Shown: in pieces, positions 53,997-59,389 of the stretch | Layout of the letters: the number at the start of each line of letters is the position of its first letter | Numbering within the stretch: the stretch's first letter is position 1 | From: a bacterium | GTDB taxonomy: Bacteria; Patescibacteriota; Minisyncoccia; Minisyncoccales; JAGLPU01 | NCBI GenBank assembly: GCA_030635055.1 | Contig: DAOVZN010000003.1 | Span: 4,121 to 68,120 of the forward strand | DNA: 64,000 nucleotides | Direction: 5' to 3' | Translations under genes and position numbers: made by a program | Notes under the pieces: model-generated | What the model was told of the DNA's origin: nothing | The model's input: the letters and a program-made list of their open reading frames with translations, nothing else | The model's database searches: none

Positions 53997-54077
53997 ATCC
54001 CCTAAAAAAACACGATCATTCGTGTTTTAAACTTTGTTCGCCGGCTTTATAATAAAACCCAAATTCACACTCTCACC

Positions 54078-54177
54078 CCCTTGACAAATCTATATAGTCT
54101 GCTATAATACTAATAGTTCTTTGACATACAATTCAATACAGAAATCAAAGAAACTAAATATTTTGGTGATAGATATG
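54078..54177 (+). repeat. promoter + hairpin-leader module, family 3, copy B
   Basis: Roughly nine differences from copy A over about 100 nt. Same -35, TGnTATAAT, hairpin and GGTGAT-N4-ATGG. Confidence 0.85.
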
Positions 54178-54414
54178 GTTAAAGAAATAGGAGAAAAAGA
54201 TGCTCGGAAATTATTGGATCAAAAACCAACTAACTCTGACCTGCGCCGTATAATTCAATACGTAGAACCACTCAGAGAAGAAGCTGGAAAGAAATTATGG
54301 AATCAAGAAGGGCCAATAAGCGATAGGGATCTACATTGTATTATTGAATATGTAGATTCTCTCAGAGATATGGCAAAAAACCATTCCTGGTATAAAAAAA
54401 GAGAAAGGGTGTAA
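54175..54414 (+). CDS. hypothetical small protein with internal duplication (cassette B)
   Basis: 79 aa from ATG 54175. The track start at 54121 is a TTG inside the leader hairpin. Internal repeat SDLRRIIQYVEPLREEAGKKLW / RDLHCIIEYVDSLRDMAKNHSW. Confidence 0.55.
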   Translation: MVKEIGEKDARKLLDQKPTNSDLRRIIQYVEPLREEAGKKLWNQEGPISDRDLHCIIEYVDSLRDMAKNHSWYKKRERV

Positions 54415-54488
54415 ATTGCACTGATTTCTCTTCATACACAAGCGGAAACAATGGTGAAAAAACGAGAAGGGAAATAACTTCTCAAAAT

Positions 54489-54520
54489 AGCGGTAAAAGA
54501 AATTTATTTCTTTTACCGCT
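54489..54520 (+). terminator. hairpin of cassette B
   Basis: Perfect 15-bp stem AGCGGTAAAAGAAAT-TT-ATTTCTTTTACCGCT. The T-run starts 5 nt downstream. Confidence 0.6.
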
Positions 54521-54620
54521 CACACTTTTTTACACACGCTCAATTGCGTGCTTAAACTTTGTCTACCGCAGATATTGCAAATTAAACCGCGAAAGTTTTA
54601 ACCGGTTAAATCAAATAAAG

Positions 54621-54652
54621 AACGCATATGACACGGGCGTGTCATATGCGTT
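54621..54652. repeat. perfect palindrome 1
   Basis: AACGCATATGACACG-GG-CGTGTCATATGCGTT. Confidence 0.85.
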
Positions 54653-54688
54653 ACTTGACTTTTCTTGCGGTCGCAAGAAAAGTCAAGT
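54653..54688. repeat. perfect palindrome 2, abutting palindrome 1
   Basis: ACTTGACTTTTCTTGCG-GT-CGCAAGAAAAGTCAAGT. Confidence 0.85.
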
Positions 54689-54765
54689 TCTATTTCAGAC
54701 TAATTAAAATTCTAGAAAAGGACGAGACCCGACCTCCTTCATTCTTTTGCATTAGACAATCCCAA

Positions 54766-54866
54766 CCCTTGACAAATTGATATCGTTTGTTATAATATCA
54801 ATAGTTCTTTGACATACAACTTAATACAGAAATCAAAGAAACTAACTATGCTTGGTGATGAAAGTG
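54766..54866 (+). repeat. promoter + hairpin-leader module, family 3, copy C
   Basis: Same layout as A and B. Loop variant CATACAACTTAATACAGAAA. Ends TTGGTGAT-GAAA-GTGG. Confidence 0.85.
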
Positions 54867-55070
54867 GCAGGAAATGAAAATAAAGACGAAAAGATAGAAG
54901 TTGAAGCGCCGATACCTCAACAAATCAGAGTACTGAAAGATAAATTGGCCAGACTAGGATTTAAAAGATCCGCTAAAATAGGAGAAAAATTAAGGGAAGC
55001 GAGTATAAGTCTAAAAGTTCTCCGTATGTTGGTGGTAGAAGCTGAAATTGAACTAGAATCCAGGAAATAA
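54864..55070 (+). CDS. hypothetical small protein (cassette C)
   Basis: 68 aa from GTG 54864, the position equivalent to the ATG of copies A and B. GTGGCAGGAAAT parallels ATGGCAGGAGAA of copy A. Confidence 0.5.
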   Translation: MAGNENKDEKIEVEAPIPQQIRVLKDKLARLGFKRSAKIGEKLREASISLKVLRMLVVEAEIELESRK

Positions 55071-55078
55071 AAAAAAAT

Positions 55079-55106
55079 GGGAAGATTTATTTCTTCCATA
55101 ATTTTT
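55079..55106 (+). terminator. terminator of cassette C
   Basis: GGAAGA-TTTATT-TCTTCC then ATAATTTTTT. Confidence 0.6.
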
Positions 55107-55225
55107 TATCTCATTTTAAAAAAGACACTTAACTGTGTCTTTAATTTTTACTCAGAGATATTGCAAATTAAACCGCAATATGTTATTAAAAAAACAATTA
55201 TAAATTACTATAAAGATATTTTATT

Positions 55226-55510
55226 ATGGCAGTTCCAAAACAACGACACACTAAATCCAGGAGAAATAAACGCCGGATGCATCTTTTTATAGAGCCGGCT
55301 GCTTTGATTTCCTGTCCTAAATGCGGAAAACCGGTTTTACCTCATACTGCTTGCAAAAACTGCGGCTATTACAAAAGCAGAGAAATAATTGATGTTATGA
55401 AAAAGCTGAATAAGAAGGAGAAGAAGCTTAAAGAAAAAGAAATGGCCAACCAGGAAAAAGAGCAAGAAGAAAAGAAACCGTTAACTGCGGAAAGACTATC
55501 ACAAAAATAA
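55226..55510 (+). CDS. rpmF: 50S ribosomal protein L32 with K/E-rich C-terminal extension
   Basis: [19 protein letters not shown]...[20 protein letters not shown], then about 35 extra residues. Confidence 0.92.
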   Translation: MAVPKQRHTKSRRNKRRMHLFIEPAALISCPKCGKPVLPHTACKNCGYYKSREIIDVMKKLNKKEKKLKEKEMANQEKEQEEKKPLTAERLSQK

Positions 55511-55511
55511 T

Positions 55512-55937
55512 ATGGCATCAAGACATTTATCGCGCTCTATAGTTATGCAAAGCCTATATGAATGGGATTTCTCCGGCAAAGCGCCGGAAAGCTTAGAGCC
55601 AATTGTCACTAAAAACATTAAAGAATTCGGACCGGGGCTGGAAAATACTGATTTTGTTTGGCAATTGGTAAAAGGCACAGTAGAGCATCTTGAACAAATT
55701 GATAAAATCATCACTAAAGCCGCTCCTCAGTGGCCGGTTGACCAAATAACCATAGTTGACCGCAACATTCTCAGAATGGGGCTTTATGAATTGCTTTATG
55801 AAGATAAGGCGGAAGTTCCTCCCAAAGTGGCCATTAATGAATCTATTGAACTCGCCAAAACTTTTGGAGGAGAATCTTCCGGAAAATTCATAAACGGAGT
55901 TTTAGGAACAGTGTATAAAGAGATAGAAGAAAAATAA
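55512..55937 (+). CDS. nusB: transcription antitermination factor NusB
   Basis: [14 protein letters not shown]...[15 protein letters not shown]...[17 protein letters not shown]. Confidence 0.9.
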   Translation: MASRHLSRSIVMQSLYEWDFSGKAPESLEPIVTKNIKEFGPGLENTDFVWQLVKGTVEHLEQIDKIITKAAPQWPVDQITIVDRNILRMGLYELLYEDKAEVPPKVAINESIELAKTFGGESSGKFINGVLGTVYKEIEEK

Positions 55938-56010
55938 CAACTGTAGGTTATAATTTGCAACACAAGACAATTCTTGAGTTGTAGATTATAAATTGCAGAC
56001 TAACAGACAA

Positions 56011-56700
56011 ATGAAAGATTTTGCACTTTTGGAAAAAAAACTGGATGTTAATTTTATCAATAAAGATTTATTAACCCAAGCTTTCATCCATCGTTCTTAC
56101 TTAAACGAAAACCCGAATGCCGGTCTTTGCCATAATGAAAGACTGGAATTTCTCGGCGATGCGGTTCTAGAGCTGGTTGTAACCGACTATCTTTATCAAG
56201 AATATCCTGACAAGGCGGAAGGAGAATTGACTAATTTGAGAGCGGCATTAGTAAACACAAAAATGCTTACTAAAACTTCTCAAAAATTGGGTTTTAATGA
56301 TTTTTTATTGCTTTCACGAGGAGAAGCCAAAGAAACAGGCAAAGCCAGGCAGTATATTTTAGCCAATACTTTCGAAGCTTTTATCGGCGCTGCTTTTCTT
56401 GACCAAGGATATAAGTTATGCGAAAGTTTCATTAGAAAACATATAATAGAAGAGTTGCCCGAAATTATAGCCAGCGGCCTGTATAAAGACAATAAAAGTA
56501 AGTTTCAGGAAAAAGCGCAAGAAATAACCGGAATCACTCCCGCCTATAATGTGCAAAAAGAATCCGGGCCCGACCACGCCAAACAGTTCATAACCGGCGT
56601 TTTCCTTGGTAAAGAGTTAATAGCTGAAGGCGAAGGCTCTTCTAAACAGGAAGCAGAAGAAGAAGCGGCCAAGCACGCTTTGGAAACAAAAAAATGGTAA
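56011..56700 (+). CDS. rnc: ribonuclease III
   Basis: Start at ATG 56011 (MKDFALLEKKLDVNF). Signature HNERLEFLGDAVLELVV. dsRBD at the C-terminus. Confidence 0.92.
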   Translation: MKDFALLEKKLDVNFINKDLLTQAFIHRSYLNENPNAGLCHNERLEFLGDAVLELVVTDYLYQEYPDKAEGELTNLRAALVNTKMLTKTSQKLGFNDFLLLSRGEAKETGKARQYILANTFEAFIGAAFLDQGYKLCESFIRKHIIEELPEIIASGLYKDNKSKFQEKAQEITGITPAYNVQKESGPDHAKQFITGVFLGKELIAEGEGSSKQEAEEEAAKHALETKKW

Positions 56701-56743
56701 TCAGCCCTTGCTGATTTTATTAATCTATGTTATCTTGCTAAAT

Positions 56744-57232
56744 ATGTTAGTTATTAGACTTTTAAGAACTGGGAAAAAACACCAACCATTTTTTAGAATA
56801 GTGGTTTGTGATAAAAAAAATCCTCCTCAAGGCGGCAGAGCCCTTGAGATTTTAGGTTTTTTTAATCCATTAACTAAAGAAAAGAGTTTTAAAGCAGAAA
56901 GAATAAAATACTGGCTGTCAGTAGGCGCTCAGCCTTCTGACACTGTCCATAACTTTTTAATCGTAGAAAAGATTATTGAAGGGGACAAAGCTAATAAATT
57001 TAAGCTTTCTAAAAAGAAGAAAGAAGAAATTAAAAATAAAGAAGAAGCCGGTAAGGAAGAAGTAAAGACTGAAGAAACAAAAGAAGATTCAAAGGAGGAA
57101 GCTCCAGCTAAAACAACTCCTGAAGAAAAGAAAGAGCCTGAATCTAAACCTGAAGATAAAAAAGAAGAGCCAACTGAAGAAGCTCCAGCTGAAGAAAAAC
57201 CCAAAGAAAAGGGAGAAGAAGTGGAAAAATAA
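56744..57232 (+). CDS. rpsP: 30S ribosomal protein S16 with about 85-aa K/E/P-rich C-terminal tail
   Basis: Start at ATG 56744 (MLVIRLLRTGKKHQPFFRIVV). The tail is KKKKEEIKNKEEAGKEEVKTEETKEDSKEEAPAKTTPEEKKEPESKPEDKKEEPTEEAPAEEKPKEKGEEVEK. Confidence 0.9.
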   Translation: MLVIRLLRTGKKHQPFFRIVVCDKKNPPQGGRALEILGFFNPLTKEKSFKAERIKYWLSVGAQPSDTVHNFLIVEKIIEGDKANKFKLSKKKKEEIKNKEEAGKEEVKTEETKEDSKEEAPAKTTPEEKKEPESKPEDKKEEPTEEAPAEEKPKEKGEEVEK

Positions 57233-57236
57233 AGGA

Positions 57237-57265
57237 TTGACAGCTCTATTGCATAAGCGTATACT
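57237..57265 (+). promoter_or_regulatory. promoter upstream of the KH-domain gene
   Basis: TTGACA, 17 nt, TATACT. Confidence 0.6.
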
Positions 57266-57359
57266 ATATATCGGTAGCATCTCTAGTCTTTCTAAAAAGC
57301 AAAGGGACACGATAAAGTCGAAGCTACTACAATGAAAATAATTAAATATCCGAAAGAAT

Positions 57360-57683
57360 ATGGCAAATAATTCAGATAAAGAATTTCTTGAGACTATAGT
57401 CAAAGCTTTAGTTGACAACCCGGATGATGTAAAAATTGACAGATCAGTGGATGAAATGGGAGTTTTACTTAATTTAAAAGTAAACCCCGAAGACATGGGA
57501 CAAATTATCGGGAAAAGCGGTTCAACCGCTAGAGCTATCAGAAGCTTGGTTAGAATTATCGGTCTTAAAAATCATGCTCGCGTGAATTTAAAGATTGAAG
57601 AACCAGAAGGAGGCAGAGCCCCTAGAAGCAGTGAAACTGCAGAAACAAAACCTTCTGAAAGTTTAGAAGATTTAAAACTGTAA
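57360..57683 (+). CDS. KH-domain RNA-binding protein (YlqC/UPF0109-like)
   Basis: LVDNPDDVKIDRSVDEMGVLLNLKVNPEDMGQIIGKSGSTARAIRSLV. Usual position between rpsP and trmD. Confidence 0.85.
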   Translation: MANNSDKEFLETIVKALVDNPDDVKIDRSVDEMGVLLNLKVNPEDMGQIIGKSGSTARAIRSLVRIIGLKNHARVNLKIEEPEGGRAPRSSETAETKPSESLEDLKL

Positions 57684-57709
57684 GTTTATTGCATTATTTT
57701 ACAAATAGA

Positions 57710-57741
57710 AACTGCGCTGCCAATGATGGCAGCGCAGTTTT
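57710..57741 (+). terminator. strong GC-rich hairpin + T4 between the KH gene and trmD (terminator or attenuator)
   Basis: AACTGCGCTGCC-AATGAT-GGCAGCGCAGTT then TT. 12-bp stem. Confidence 0.6.
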
Positions 57742-57752
57742 GCTTCAATAAC

Positions 57753-58430
57753 ATGATAAAATTTGATATCATCACTATTTTCCCTGACATTTTTAACTCC
57801 TACTTTGAGGAGAGCATAATCAAACGAGCTCAAGGGAAAAAGTTAATAAAAATCAATACTCACAATTTGCGTGATTGGACTTCAGACAAACATAAAACTC
57901 TTGACGATAAACCGTTTGGCGGGGGAGCCGGAATGGTCTTAAAAGTTGAGCCTATTTATAGGGCGGTTGAAAAGTTAAAAAAGAAAAAGAACAGCAAGAT
58001 TGTTTTATTAAGCGCCAAAGGAAAGAAGTTTGACCAAGAGATGGCAAGAAAATTCTCTAAATTGGAACAGATCATTTTAATCTGCGGCCGCTATGAAGGA
58101 GTTGACGAAAGAGTGGCTAAACATATTGCCGATGAAGAAATCTCCATTGGTGATTATGTTTTAACCGGAGGAGAACTGCCAGCCATGGCAATCGTGGACG
58201 CGGTATCCAGATTAGTTCCGGGCGTGATAAAAGAAAAATCGCTAAGTGAAGAATCTTTTGAGACAGCCGGTTCTTTGGAGTATCCTCAATACACCAGACC
58301 GGAAATATTTTTACCCAAAGGAAGCAAGAGAGCTTGGAAAGCTCCCAAAGTGCTGCTTTCAGGAAATCATAAAGAAATAGGAGAATGGCAAGCAAAACAC
58401 AAAAAAACAGCAAAAAGAATTGAAAAATAA
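57753..58430 (+). CDS. trmD: tRNA (guanine37-N1)-methyltransferase
   Basis: Start at ATG 57753 (MIKFDIITIFPDIF). GRYEGVDERV...SIGDYVLTGGELPAMAIVDAVSRLVPGV. Confidence 0.93.
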   Translation: MIKFDIITIFPDIFNSYFEESIIKRAQGKKLIKINTHNLRDWTSDKHKTLDDKPFGGGAGMVLKVEPIYRAVEKLKKKKNSKIVLLSAKGKKFDQEMARKFSKLEQIILICGRYEGVDERVAKHIADEEISIGDYVLTGGELPAMAIVDAVSRLVPGVIKEKSLSEESFETAGSLEYPQYTRPEIFLPKGSKRAWKAPKVLLSGNHKEIGEWQAKHKKTAKRIEK

Positions 58431-58456
58431 ATATTTTTGTGATAGCATTGCAACAT

Positions 58457-58540
58457 GGGTAGGTGGCGGAGTGGTCAAACGCACGAGTCTGTAAAACTCG
58501 CGGCTTTATGCCTACGGGGGTTCAAGTCCCTCCCTGCCCG
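58457..58540 (+). tRNA. tRNA-Tyr (GTA)
   Basis: GGGTAGG/CCTGCCC acceptor, anticodon stem CGAGT/ACTCG with loop CTGTAAA, long variable arm, T arm GGGGG-TTCAAGT-CCCTC. Confidence 0.88.
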
Positions 58541-58548
58541 CACAATGC

Positions 58549-58621
58549 GCCAGGGTAGCTCAGTTGGTAGAGCATTCCCATGGTAAGGGAAAGGTCGCGA
58601 GTTCGAATCTCGCCTCTGGCT
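58549..58621 (+). tRNA. tRNA-Thr (GGT)
   Basis: GCCAGGG/CTCTGGC acceptor, D arm GCTC-AGTTGGTA-GAGC, anticodon stem TTCCC/GGGAA with loop ATGGTAA, T arm GCGAG-TTCGAAT-CTCGC. Confidence 0.9.
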
Positions 58622-58655
58622 CAGAACCAACACTATATTATTAAACAAAAGAAAT

Positions 58656-58817
58656 ATGGCAACTAAAAAACCTTTTACAAAGCTACGCTGCCAGGATTGT
58701 AAGGAAATAAATTACTTTACACATAAAACCAAACAAGTAGCTGACACAAAACTGGAAATGAAAAAATTCTGCAACACTTGCAGAAAACATACTGTCCATA
58801 AGGAAATGAAAAAATAG
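58656..58817 (+). CDS. rpmG: 50S ribosomal protein L33
   Basis: 53-codon ORF below the track cutoff: MATKKPFTKLRCQDCKEINYFTHKTKQVADTKLEMKKFCNTCRKHTVHKEMKK. Two CxxC pairs. Embedded in the tRNA cluster. Confidence 0.9.
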   Translation: MATKKPFTKLRCQDCKEINYFTHKTKQVADTKLEMKKFCNTCRKHTVHKEMKK

Positions 58818-58822
58818 TTCAG

Positions 58823-58893
58823 GGGGGTTTAGTTTAATGGCAGAATAATGGTCTCCAAAACCATTGATGGGGGTTCGACTCCCTCAACCCCTG
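58823..58893 (+). tRNA. tRNA-Trp (CCA)
   Basis: Acceptor GGGGGTT/AACCCCT (G1.U72), anticodon stem ATGGT/ACCAT with loop CTCCAAA, T arm GGGGG-TTCGACT-CCCTC, discriminator G, weak AT-rich D stem. Confidence 0.82.
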
Positions 58894-58927
58894 CAAGCTA
58901 AACATCCTCTTGTTTTCTAAATAAAAG

Positions 58928-58948
58928 TCCCCTTAACAGGGGATTTTT
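58928..58948 (+). terminator. intrinsic terminator after tRNA-Trp
   Basis: TCCCCT-TAAC-AGGGGA then TTTTT. Confidence 0.75.
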
Positions 58949-59000
58949 ATTTTTAGTTTGTAGTAAAATATAGTGTTAAAAAAAGAATAAAATATCCACA

Positions 59001-59030
59001 CTTGACAAACCTTTTTGATTTGGAATATAA
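59001..59030 (+). promoter_or_regulatory. consensus promoter of the 59.0-kb non-coding unit
   Basis: TTGACA, 18 nt, TATAAT. Confidence 0.65.
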
Positions 59031-59046
59031 TTACTAGTAGAAATTT

Positions 59047-59305
59047 AAAAAGAAGCAATATAGAGTGAGTTGTGGACAATTTTTGTAGTTTGAATTGCAA
59101 AGCAGTTTAGATTATGGAAACTAAGGGATCCCCCTCATGTATTTGGATTCTTCCTTTTTTTGAAACCTAGGTTTTAAGGAGTTTGAGAACGCCGGAAAAG
59201 GAGTGGCCAATGCAAGAGAAAGCTTTTTCTCTTTTCTTGCAAAAGACAAGAGAAGCATTCTTCATAGAATGCTATGTTTTACAACTCACTCTATATCGCT
59301 TTTTT
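59047..59305 (+). ncRNA. about 260-nt structured transcript or MITE-like element closed by a 26-bp terminal inverted repeat
   Basis: AAAAAGAAGCAATATAGAGTGAGTTGT (59047-59072) pairs with ACAACTCACTCTATATCGCTTTTTTT (59280-59305) with one mismatch and one G.U. Internal local hairpins GCATTCT/AGAATGC and GCAAGAGAAAG/CTCTTTTCTTGC. Has its own promoter and is followed by a second terminator. Confidence 0.45.
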
Positions 59306-59307
59306 TA
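59209..59307 (+). CDS. candidate 32-codon micro-ORF inside the structured unit
   Basis: AAGGAG, 6 nt, ATG. MQEKAFSLFLQKTREAFFIECYVLQLTLYRFF. Its last 9 codons form the 3' arm of the terminal inverted repeat. Confidence 0.3.
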
Positions 59308-59309
59308 AA

Positions 59310-59342
59310 GCAAGGTTCTGCCTAAACAGAACCTTGTTTTTT
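59310..59342 (+). terminator. intrinsic terminator
   Basis: CAAGGTTCTG-CCTAAA-CAGAACCTTG followed by T7. Confidence 0.8.
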
Positions 59343-59389
59343 TGTTGGAAAATTGCTAAAATATATTACTAATATCTAATCTAAAAACT

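Noticed and set aside
54121-54174. TTG/GTG starts at 54121, 11221, 53622, 54852, 8055, 8822 and 49417.
   Set aside because: These codons fall inside the -35 hexamer, inside the conserved leader hairpin, or inside the GGTGAT SD itself. The ATG or GTG four nt after GGTGAT sits at the equivalent position in all repeat copies.
54700-54745. Strong AAGGAGG on the minus strand in the B-C spacer.
   Set aside because: The only nearby ATG overlaps the SD and opens a 12-codon frame (MKEVGSRPFLEF). There is no properly spaced start, so it is probably fortuitous.
53535-54866. Possible CRISPR-like array, since three regularly recurring repeats are present.
   Set aside because: The repeat units are about 100 nt and contain a full promoter, leader and SD. 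Spacing is 540-690 nt and the intervening DNA is protein-coding. No cas genes are present.
59047-59342. 6S RNA, RNase P RNA or tmRNA identity for the 59-kb structured unit. This includes the ACAGAACC string at 59324, which resembles the RNase P P4 3' strand.
   Set aside because: - It does not fit 6S RNA, because the interior forms several local hairpins rather than a rod with a central bubble.
- It does not fit RNase P RNA, because there is no GAGGAAAGUCC motif.
- It does not fit tmRNA, because there is no tRNA-like acceptor end.
- The ACAGAACC string is simply one arm of a perfect terminator hairpin.
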